Source: Dicyema japonicum | Taxonomy: Eukaryota > Animalia > Dicyemida | NCBI GenBank assembly: GCA_011109175.1 | Contig: RDEW01000005.1 | Location: forward strand, 1,484,657-1,548,656 | Direction: 5' to 3' | Length of the DNA stretch: 64,000 bases | In this document: positions 1 through 10,396 of the stretch, piece after piece | Numbering within the stretch: the first letter of the stretch is position 1 | How the letters are laid out: the number at the start of each line of letters is the position of its first letter | Translations under genes and position numbers: made by a program | Notes under the pieces: generated by a model | Told to the model about the DNA's origin: nothing | Databases searched by the model: none | The model's input: the letters and a program-made list of their open reading frames with translations, nothing else

Positions 1-244
1 ACATATGTCTTAACAAACAAGCGTGACATAACAATTCAAATTAGTATTAATAGTTTATATTATTTTATACAATAAAATTAATATTATTTATATTACTAAA
101 AATTAGAATTTTAATCCAAAAGAACAATTTTTATAGATTCAAAAAAATCGATATTGCAGGTAGCGCATAGTTGCAAGTAGCGCTCGTGACAGAATATCCT
201 CGTTAATGCAGCGATTCCATAGTCTCCCAAGATCTTTAGGAAGA

Positions 245-1287
245 TCATTGGGATCTTATCTGGTCTGTTAGAATAGCTTTCAATGCATATCTCACGTCGT
301 TTTCTGTGAAGTGAGTGACTATTTTGTCCATAGAAGTAATGCCATCCATGTACTGCAGTAGGTTGTCAGTAAGTGTACGGTAAAGTTTCCATTCTGCGCG
401 TTTGTAGTTGAATTGTTCTGGGGACCTCCTACTAGTTGACGTTTCTTTTTTGATCTTCAAAAGGATCGCATTATGGTCACTTCTTGAGTTGTAAGTGACT
501 GACCAAGTCGATGTTGCCGCCAGGCCGGGAGAACAAAGCGTGATGTCTGGAGTAGTTAGTTGGTCCGACTCCCTGAAGGGGATTCTTGTATGTTTTGACG
601 GGTCATTCATGACCGTGAAAGGTCCTGTCTGCGAAAGTTGTACTTTTCCTCTTGAGTCGTGCGGTTGACTTGCCAGCCATAGATGGTGTTTAGCGTTGAT
701 ATCCCCGCCAATGATCATATCGTTGTAGGAAGCCAAAGTAGATAAATTGGGCATTGTGTAGTGCTTCGGGCAAGAACCAGGTGAAGGCACATAGACGTTC
801 ACAAAGCTAATTTTTCCATTTGTTGTTCCAAGTGGGACTGCAATGACTTCATTAACATCGTCGTCTCCCCAGATATTCTTCACCACTGAAGTGATTTCCA
901 CACATTTAAGGTCTTTCCGATATAAAATGAGTAGGCAACCACCCCGCTTCCTCTTCCGGTCAGTCCGTATTGACTTATATCCAGAGAACACAGGGGTAGG
1001 GCTGTTTATAGGCAGTATCGTCTCTTGTATCAAAGCCACGTCGATCTTCAGCTCCGACAGGAGAGAGCGCAGTTCCAATATTTTGCCCCTTACTCCATTG
1101 ACATTTGATTGAAGAACCGTGGTCCGTTTCTTGTGGTGGGCTAGGAGTTCCTTCCGGGTAGATGAGGATGATAGTGCGTGCATCCGGGGAGACAGTTCCG
1201 TAAATGTTTAATGGTTCTCTTTGGAGGAACATTAGGTGCTCTCTGGGCGATACCAATACTTACAGAATCAGTGAACCACATAACGCC
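245..1287 (-). mobile_element. APE-type LINE, 5' part (pseudoknot head + APE endonuclease), 3'-truncated
   Basis: ORF 245-1183 has APE motifs VLQSNVNG, VALIQET, NVYVP, GGDINAKH, TPDIT, SDHNAI. Structured head at 1212-1287. Confidence 0.9.
1212..1287 (-). ncRNA. HDV-fold-like double-pseudoknot motif, copy A
   Basis: Sense: GGCGTT atg TGGTTC ACT (15-nt loop) GGT ATCGCC ca [imperfect P4] caaaga GAACCA. P1, P2 and P3 pair in nested order. Confidence 0.6.
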
Positions 1288-1533
1288 ACGCTAAAATTAT
1301 ATAAACAATTAGATGGAATAGAGAGATCTCTGGTTAAAAATACATTTATTTAAATAAATTAAATATTAAGATATGTAGAAACTCCAATATGGAGTTTGAG
1401 GATTAAGGAATTCATACCATTCTTCATTTATGATTATTTTGTTCAAAAATGGATAGTTTTCCAGTAAACAGTCTTTTTCTTTGATATTTAACACTCTCGT
1501 CCCCTCAATAAGAGCACTCAATTATAACTATCG

Positions 1534-2636
1534 TTACATTTTCTGATTATCGTCCAGGCCGATCAAATCAAGTAATTCCTTGGCTTCTTGTTCTCTCTTG
1601 GCAATCCTTTCGTTGATCTGTTGGTTGTCAACTTCCAAATCGCCAATTTCAGTCTCACAATATAATTTCTGTCTTACCAAGGCATCTATCCTCGCCAGTC
1701 TTATTTGTTTTACTTGTTCTGCAGGTTGACAGTGATTTGTCAAATAATCTCTGACTTTGTTCATTTCCTTCTTTTTGTCGTCGACTTGTTTTCGTTTGGC
1801 TTCTAAAGTCTCCACTATTCCACGAGGTTTGACGTCCAAAGTCATCTCAGAGAGTCGTTTTTCTGTAAAATAATAAATTTGTAAACCGTAAGTTTTCAAA
1901 TAGTGAACCTCATCAGTCTTGCTTTTCAACAGTTGAGATAAACTAAGTATTAGGTTGGAATTACTCCTCGTTCTCTTTCTCCAGTTGTTTGATTTGTTGT
2001 AGAAGATCTGAATTTAGTTTCATTTTATCTGAAAAGTCGTCTTCTTTTCCCGCAAAGTGATAATCGCTAACAGGGGCATCGAGATAATCCTTTAAAAACT
2101 CCTGAGCACAAAATTCGTAGTTTTGCTTAATAACAGCGAGAAATACTTTGATTAGCAGTAAAACATCCTTGATTTCTTTGGTGGCTGGTATTTTTGCAAT
2201 AAATTCACCACAAACTAACATTTTCCTAATCTTCCTATCCATTTCTGTCTCCCCTTTAGCATTTTGGAGACTTTCGGAGAGTTGGTTTAAAAGGGTTTGA
2301 GTATCTTGAATAAGAGGAAGTCCAATAGAAGTATCAGCGCAGATTTTGTTTTTCTGAGTCAACATTTTGATTTTTTGGTCTCTGCGGCTAAGAAATAATT
2401 CTGGGCTTGTATCTGTATTTTGGGTCCTCGTAAGTCCACGTGGACTGGATGATCTTATCGGAGGTAGCTTAATATTTACCAAAAATACATTTAATGGTTT
2501 AATTTCTGGAAAATAACTTGATTTTCTAAAATTACAAAGTTCCCAACTCGTGTTTTGTAGATTTCAGAAAATTGTATTTTATATTTCGCTGTTTGCTCGA
2601 CCCTTCCTTGATTACTTTCTTGTTTTGGGATGTCAT
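1534..2636 (-). CDS. Unknown protein with C-terminal coiled-coil character; introns at 2517-2535 (19 nt), 2468-2488 (21 nt), 1943-1964 (22 nt)
   Basis: Removing three GT-AG introns joins ATG 2636 (MTSQNKKVIK) to ORFs 1961-2482 and 1534-1929 in one frame. C-terminus is E/K/Q/L-rich. The 5' exons are less certain. Confidence 0.6.
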
Positions 2637-2751
2637 ATCGTATGGATTGTAGACATTTAATTATAAAATTAGTTGCATAGCATCAATATATTATATTAAA
2701 TATAATAATATATTTAAATTTAAAATTAATATTTTAACACGTGTTTTCGTG
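2637..2751. promoter_or_regulatory. 115-bp divergent (bidirectional) promoter region with E-box CACGTG at 2738-2743
   Basis: Head-to-head ATGs at 2636 (-) and 2752 (+). AT-rich spacer. CACGTG ends 8 nt before the RRP8 ATG. Confidence 0.55.
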
Positions 2752-3531
2752 ATGACTCGTAAGGGTAAAACAAGTAAACAGTCCTTCATCGACAAATGCT
2801 TAGTATATTTAATGCATTATTAGAAACAATTGTCTGGGGCACGATTTAGATCCATTAATGAGGATTTGTATAAAAACAATAAATCGATATCTGAAGATAT
2901 TAGAGTTGGCCAATTTTACCACCAAGCCTACAGAGAACAAGCAAAGAATTGGCCATATCACCCCCTTAATGAAATAATTAAGTTTATTCACTCAAAGTAC
3001 CTAAATTAACTCACAGTAAAGATGTCAGGGATTAACTGTTGCTGATTTTGGCTGCGGAGAAGCACGACTGGCAGAAAGTCTAGAAGACATTTGTCCGGTC
3101 CACTCCTTTGATTTATTTGCCTTAAATGAGAGAGTAACCGTTTGTGACATGTGCAACGTATTACTGTTTTTTACCTGTAGGTTCCACTGACCGACAAATC
3201 CGTTGATGTTGTCGTCTTTTCTCTCTCGCTTATGGGGGGAGATTTGACTGATTACCTGAAGGAGGGATGCAGAGTTTTAAGAAATCAGTATTTCATAATA
3301 TTATTTAGTGGACTTGTTTTGATTGCTGAAGTGGCAAGTAGATTTGATTCTGTTTTAAAGTTTAAAGAAGGTTTGAGTCTTCTTGGTTTGAAGATGATAT
3401 CAAAGGTGACTGTTTGCTTATTGTAGAGTACTCTTGGTGGTTATTTTTACTTGTTCAAGTTTAAAAAAGTTGGGAAATTAAAAAATGTGAAGATTATTCA
3501 GTTGAAACCTTGTTTATATAAACCGCGATGA
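2752..3531 (+). CDS. RRP8: rRNA-processing methyltransferase RRP8/nucleomethylin, 6 exons
   Basis: Introns 2803-2823, 2997-3021, 3158-3180, 3288-3308, 3406-3426 give a continuous frame with [50 protein letters not shown]. Confidence 0.95.
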
Positions 3532-4949
3532 TTTTTATTTTAATATTTTGTATTTCTGAGATAGGCTGGTCTGAACGTCGCCTATATTGCACGAAATGTC
3601 TGTCTAGTTCATGGATGCGAGCCCTTCTTTCTTCAAGTGATCATAGCCGAGGTGACTAAAGAGACACTATAAATCCAAGATCATGAACAAAGGAAATGTC
3701 TGCTCCACCAAAGGTACGGGTTAGAATATCGTCATGTCCAAAATTGAAAGATATTGGGTGATTTCCGAAGCTGTTCGTATAGGATGATGTTAATATGATA
3801 ATGATGTTGATAATAATATTTTTAATAAGTATTGTTAAGGATTTTGTGTTACCTCATTATGATAAGAAAGATTACACCATTTTGTAAAGTTACCTCAAAA
3901 TATGTTTAACAAAAGGTTTTTTGGGAAACACGGAAGTCGAGTACTATACTTCTTTCTCCCTCTTGACATTCAATTTCTGGGGGTACCTGGAAACCAAGAG
4001 AACTTTGTAGGACCTTTAAATACAAAATATAGTTCGGATGCTTTCGAAAGAAAATTAACTTTCAAAATACAAAGTATCGTTCGGATTCCTTCGAACGTCC
4101 CTTAGCCATTAGAAAGAATATATTAATAAGAGAATTGTTAAAAATAATTTTTCATCAAATTTGAATCATTAAAAAATTATGTTGATACTATGTTTATCTG
4201 AGTGTGCAGCAACTTGGCGCAGTTTATTTATTAACCCCAGGCTTACAATCTTTGGTAAGCTCAGCACAACAGTCACAACTAATTAATCCAAGGAAGAACC
4301 CCAGAAACGTCTGTTTGTGCGACCAAATCCACCAAGTCCATCATAGACTTCCGCTTCCGAAGAAAGGTAGAGAACTAGGTCTGCCTTCATCTATTTTGTC
4401 GCACGTCTTACCGTCGCAGTTTTCATAATGGAATATCTTCACCAGTGGATTTGGCAGAGATACTTTGTGTAGTATTGAGGGAGCTATTAAAATGCTCAAA
4501 AAATTCTCAAGAGAAATTTTAAAAATCATATAATTATGTTTTATAATGAACAAAAAATTACTTGGTCGATTTATAAATTTTCTGATATTTATATTATTCA
4601 TTTTAGATTCAATAAATACCATTTTTTTATTAAAATAAATGCCATTTTTAGAAATTTTAGTTGCCATAACAACGAGGTTTATCTGTCTAAAATGGCACCA
4701 AAAATATCATTTGTTCTTTTCCACACTCATAGGGCATTCCATTTATCTTTCTTCTTGCGAGCTCAAACGAGGGAAGGATTCAGGAGACATAAGAAACCCT
4801 AAGTTCCTAACGAAGGAAGCGTCAAGCATACCCAGGTGGTTCGAATCTGGTCCGACCCAAAAAAAAAATTGGAAGACAATCTGTCTGTGTAGTGAATAAG
4901 TTGTAGTAATACTTTATGTGAGAATAAACTATATGTTAGAAAAACCAAG

Positions 4950-7060
4950 TTAAGATGACGTTAGAGAAAGAATTGAGACACAGACAAGCATTATTTGTTT
5001 TGGTTTGCATTCAACGATATCCTCGGGTAAAACGAATGTTTTCCCACCACACTGCCTTATGAGAGATAAAATTAGGGTAGCGTTCTTCATTTTAATCTAA
5101 GGTAATGGTAGATTTTAACTTGCTCTGAATTTTCATCCACAAAATGATTCAGACCCTTTAAGTCGCCCCTCATCTTCCTTAAAAGGTCAAATAAGGGCTT
5201 TGAATTTGAAAATTCATTTGACCTGAAATTTCTGACTTTCGACTCTAGCTACACATCAGCCTTCAAAATACTTTTTTGTTGACCAATGACAGAATTTCCG
5301 AGTCGGTTGGTCGTCGACTGTCACGTGACAAACTTACCAGAATTTCTAAAAGATTGTAATTCATAACTTGCCAAATCAAAGCTAGTGGGTATTAAATCTC
5401 AGAAAACCAAGAGTCAGCTGTCTATTTCCGTTGTAAATATCTGGTCCTGATATATTTACGGTGGAAAGGTTAAACACAGTTTTCGCCAAATCCACCACGT
5501 GGTTGCAATTTTCTTTATAAAATTAAAATCAAATTACCAATTTTTTTGAATTTATTCCTATTTTCATCAAATTTTTGTGTGACTTTTTTCCAATTTACAG
5601 TCCCCCTTTGATTTTATCATAAATCTTCAAAATGGCTAACCCGTCCCTCAAATCATAGTATAAATAATTAATATTCAAGTCAAATGAATTCATCCAATTT
5701 CGAATAGCTGACATTATACTAGAACAAACCTTTTTCCTCCCTCGTCTCTTCGATTACTGGCAGATCTTCCTGTCTGTCTTCCAGATTTGGGAAATTATTA
5801 AATAAATATCCCAGAAAGCCATAATTGAGTTTTGAGTTCCCATTTATAATGTCCTCCGGCTTTACGAAGACGTCTGCCTCGATTTTCTTGGCCTCTTTCA
5901 AAACTGCACGAGCGTTTTCAAGCCAAAACTCTCTCTAAATATTAAATGGTTTATTTTTACACGAGATTTTGTTAAAGGCAGATTTACAGTTCCATATTTC
6001 TTGACAAAACTGTTTTCCACGTCCTTGGGTGCGATTTGATTAATTAGGTGGGAATATATCTCCCCGTCCTAAATTAATGCCGACAAGCAACCATAATATC
6101 ATTTGGAAAAGAATTTAATCTGCGACTGGTCGTAGACTTTGATAGCTGATAGTTAACCCACAAAATAATTAATTCTTCAGGACTCATACGAGCCAAGTCT
6201 TCCAAGGTCATATTAGTGTCCTTTGTTAGCAGGAAAAGATTGGGATGATCGATTAGATTTATGTTTGATAGCAACATTCGCTGGGTTGAGTAAGTTAATC
6301 AAACCTTGATTAACTGCCACACTAAGCCTAGAATAATTGTTGTATTCTGATCTATTATGTCCTGAGCTCCAACATTGACGACACAACATCCAATGGCTTC
6401 CGATGAGGTCACTGCAAGAGAGCAGTTTTCGTATTTTTTAAAGAGGGACATATCCTTGTCACGATTTATAAGTCTTTCGTCGATTGTGTTGGGGACTGTG
6501 GCATTTACCATATAACTGGAATATACGTGGTTAATGCTACCATAAAATAAGGCCATTGTCAAGCGATTGAAAAAAGTTGTTTTGAGTGATCGGCAAATAT
6601 GACTTTACAGCGTCATCTTGTGAGAATAGTCTGAAATGATAAAAGTGAGTAAACTTTGATATCCAATCTGAGAAGCCTATGATCTCAGCAACATAGTAGG
6701 TGTGGATGGCTTGATTGTCCTCATCCTTTCTTATGGAAGTATTTATCCCCCTCGTTTCTTTTAAAGAGACTTTCTTGTGTCTGCTATTCGAATAAATACT
6801 GTCACAAATCCGAGGTATTAAATAGACAATACTATTTTCAAGTCATTTAAATTAAAATTATTTTTTTTCTTCAAAATGCTATTTATTTCCAATTTTAGTT
6901 CGTATTTTGCCTTCCTAAAACCAGCATAGACGATGGCATCAAGGAACGTATCCAAGTCACTTCCATTATCACTCGACAACTTTAAATTAGTTCAAACTCA
7001 GACAGATGGGAATTTTTCAGAAAACTCCTCAATAGCCAAATCATATCCGTCCTCAACCAT
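4950..7060 (-). CDS. PLS: Plastin/fimbrin actin-bundling protein (multi-exon)
   Basis: CH-domain motifs MVNATVPNTIDERLIN, IILGLVWQLIK, LILWVNYQL, FVKPEDIINGNSKL, and C-terminal TFVLPEDIVECKPKQIM. Family-level call; not every exon boundary was resolved. Confidence 0.92.
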
Positions 7061-7199
7061 TTTTACGTAATTGATTATGAATAGTGCTTATAATCAGCGC
7101 ACTTATGCGGCTGTTATATATTTATAGGCAAACCACAATGGAATTTTAATATTATTTTTATGTGACATTATTTATAATTATGATTTTTACGTGAGTTGG

Positions 7200-7900
7200 T
7201 AACCATTTTATTTTTAAACTTATTGAATCATTGCCTTAACCCCGGATACACCGATAATTAATGAAATGTATCCAGTTCCTACGGTCGTAGAAGCAGCAGA
7301 GTCTTTCCAATAGCTCATCCATAACCAACAAAATCGGAAGAACATATCCAGTACTTTCAGTAGTGGGAAACCTTCAATGGAGAGGGGGAGAGCAATGAGA
7401 CGGGTGTATCACAAGGCGAATTTCCACCTAAATGATTTACTATTTAGAAATCATTTGGATACGTAACATAACATTTTTATTAGAGACCAAAACATAGCGA
7501 TAGTTATGGGGGATTACGTTATTAAAAATCTCGTGAGGCCTGGATTTTTTCAATTTTACCTCCTTTAGCTTCACAGTATCTTCTGAATGAACGTGTCATC
7601 CACTTTGGTCCTGAGGAGAAAACCCTCAATCCGTTCCTCTACCACGCTCCTTACTGACTTGATCAGTGTTTCCTCCTCATCTAGTGGTTCCTCACCCATT
7701 TTATGAAGGACCAGCTTGATTGCTATTCTCCTCGTCTTGTCCAAAAGATTGATTATTCTTTCTCTTTTGGGAGAAAAATACCATCCTTCATAACCGTAGA
7801 CAAGAGAGGGAAGAATAATTCTTTCAAAGATAAACGTCTCCTTCTTCAAATTGAGTTTTCGTAGACACAGAAGTGCTTGGTAAGCCTTTTTCTTTTCATT
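7200..7900 (-). mobile_element. LINE RT C-terminal fragment followed by the tail of a short element
   Basis: IILPSLVYGYEGWY (7571-7849), the same family as 45333 and 60750. Tail GAACTGGATACATT near 7265-7280 is shared with the short elements. Confidence 0.7.
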
Positions 7901-7959
7901 TGGATAATATGTCGCGTCCCGTAGTGGCTATTCGTCCTATGCTGGTTACATATCACCAT

Positions 7960-8500
7960 TAATGAAAGAATCCGAGAAATTTATTGTCATTGATGGTCGA
8001 TTATACCTCAAAGACGAAAAAATTGAAAAACAGACTAGTTATTTGCATGGATAACGAGTCTGAAATGCCAACTATTGCGGAGTCTATCCATTTAATTATA
8101 AAAAATAATAGTCCCGTGGCGCCATGTGGTGCTTCGTGGCTGATTGATTAAAGTTTCTGTTTTGTTCGTCTGTTCCTCCTCTCTCTTCCTATTATAGTGG
8201 CGTCATGTGATCCACCTATCTAGGTGGCGCCTAGTGCCAGTCCGGCACAAAAAAGATCATTTTCTCTCCTACTACATTAGAGGGGTTTCCACAAATCATC
8301 CTCAATCACAAGTAATGAAATAATATTTTATTTGTTTCAGGGGATCATAGAAAGGTTTAACCAAAGTTGACATGAAATCCTTCAAAGTTGATGAAGAATC
8401 AACTAAAAACTGGAAAAAAATTATTAAACGAAGCACCTTTACATATAACACCACGATTCATTCCTCCACAATTGAAACTCCATTTATAAAACAGAGAGGA
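7960..8500 (+). mobile_element. Decayed retroviral-type integrase remnant interrupted by a later insertion
   Basis: GIIERFNQ and TFTYNTTIHSSTIETPF at ~8340-8490. The upstream piece FIVIDGRLYLK resembles the 24000 region. Confidence 0.55.
8199..8259 (+). ncRNA. HDV-fold-like double-pseudoknot motif, copy B
   Basis: GGCGTC atg TGATC c ACC tatcta GGT GGCGCC ta GTGCC agtcc GGCAC aaaaaa GATCA. Confidence 0.7.
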
Positions 8501-8759
8501 GTTTCATAAACACAGTCATTCGTGAGTATAAAAATTTATTATTTTTAATTTCATAGAAAATGATAGTTCGGATGATGCTTTTCCACGATCATCTGAGGAT
8601 ATTGACGTGGAACATATTTCAGATGTTTCAGGCATTTATTGTATAAAGTCTGCTAGAAAACTTAGATTCAGATCATTTTGATCTTAATTTTTCTCCAGCA
8701 ATTTTAATTTAACCAAAAAACCACCGTTATATCCAAATAAACAAATTCAGGTGATTCTC

Positions 8760-8985
8760 AGCCTCCCTTAGCATTCTCCACGTCTTTTCTCGGTGTTCGA
8801 CTGCGTTCCTGCGCATTTCCTATATGGACGGGGTCCGCATACCCGAGATACGAGTTTTAAAGGATTATGGGACTAATCCATCGCTAAAGTTGAGCAGATT
8901 TGAGCCACGGGAGGGGCTCTGGTTGAGGAAGAGACTCGAAATGGCGATTATCAGAGGTAACGCCTTCGCCATTCTGTCGTCCTAA
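8760..8985 (+). mobile_element. CRE-like RLE retroelement C-terminal remnant
   Basis: Ends WLRKRLEMAIIRGNAFAILSS*, matching the typical ...AIQRGNA terminus. Same type as 21900. Confidence 0.6.
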
Positions 8986-10234
8986 TTATTTATAATTAAA
9001 AATAAATAAATTCTTTGCTTTTTATTACTATTGCTTGAATGACAGGTGACATGTCAATTGACAGGTGAAATGCAACCAGCACGGGATGGGTAACCCGTGC
9101 AGGACGCGACATAATCTGACATGATTTTTATGACAAATTACCTTAGGTTAATTAACAGTTGATTGTTATAGTTTAATTATATTTTTGCCCACAATAAAAT
9201 AAACAATTCATGAAAGAAGTATCAGTCATTCAGATCTCCTCGGATTGACTTCAAAACAAGAAAACGGTTAAATATAGGGCAGATTCTCCGTTATATATCC
9301 ACAGGTTGATTATTTAGATAGATTAAAATATTTCCAACTTACGCAAGCAAGTTTATTCGGATAATATTAGATCTTCGAATTTTAGATTCCACAAAACAAC
9401 GACTGCTAAAAAATTTTGAGAAAAAAGTATTCATCATCTTTAAAGGAACAAAGATTAGTCTCAATTATTAACCCAGGCTTCACTAAAATGGAGCAACCTG
9501 GCTACCATTAAAAAGCGCTGTACCAATTCAGGTCGCTTACAAAGATTCGGTCGCTTCAAGATGGTCCAGAGTAGACAAATGGATCATAAATCTGCCATCT
9601 GTTCAAAGGCGAGTGAACTCAACTCTGACTATCCTCGGAAACATTGATTCTGATTTTCATATTATAGAGACCTGCATCCCAGTAATTTGTTTTCCTCAAG
9701 GCCATGAATGACACGTGAACAAGTCATGTATTTTTTATTTTTGGTTTAATTATCTGATAGCTAACAAGGTCAATGAGGATTCTTGGAGTGTGTCGCGATT
9801 TTTTGATTTAAGCAGAGGGAAAGTCAGATGTTTTGGATTGAGATACTATCGATGATACTGTAAGATCTATAAGGCCAAGGTCCTCGTATCGCAGTCCAAG
9901 TGGTTAGCAGAATGGCCCACCTCAAAGGAAGGAGCCGACCTTACTTTAATTTATCTTGGAATTTCATTCAAATCAACAGGCGAATTGCAACTTTAATAAA
10001 AACTAAGAAGTTATGAATTTGAACACTATCTTCTTTTGGGAAACCTAATTCCCCGTCTTCATTATGGGAAGGTATCCAATTCAACGAGGGACACACGGGT
10101 ATTTATGTCAAAAATAATCTTCAATTCTAGCCAAATGACTTTTCTGTTTGACTAAATAGTCTCGTTGGGTTCTAGGTAAGTTCATCGCCGGTAAATTCAG
10201 GGGATCACGTGATTTTTTATTTGAATTTTAGCGT

Positions 10235-10298
10235 GGCGGCATGCGGTTCACCTATTGTTGTGGTGGTGCCCGGTGCAAGTTATGCACTAAAGAGAACC
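10235..10298 (+). ncRNA. HDV-fold-like double-pseudoknot motif, copy C (LINE 5' end)
   Basis: GGCGGC atg c GGTTC ACC tattgttgt GGT GGTGCC cg GTGCA agtta TGCAC taaaga GAACC. Confidence 0.7.
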
Positions 10299-10342
10299 TT
10301 TTGAACTTCTCCACCCCTCTATGTCCTTTGGAAGGGTGGCCT

Positions 10343-10396
10343 ACCAACTTCAATTTGCTACTCCAGGCTGGCGACATTAAACCTAACCCGGGTCCT
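10343..10396 (+). other. 2A-like (StopGo) peptide coding sequence TNFNLLLQAGDIKPNPGP
   Basis: Lies in ORF 10241-10525 directly before the APE domain. Compare P2A ATNFSLLKQAGDVEENPGP. The conserved E is K here (AAA, one transition from GAA). Confidence 0.8.

Noticed and set aside
4830-4870. GGTTCGAATC followed by an A-run
   Set aside because: No A-box at a suitable distance and no cloverleaf.
9040-9105. Hairpin GCACGGG...CCCGTGC with a repeated TGACAGGTGA
   Set aside because: Could be a Helitron-like or transposon end, but there is no CTRR terminus, second copy or partner end to support it.
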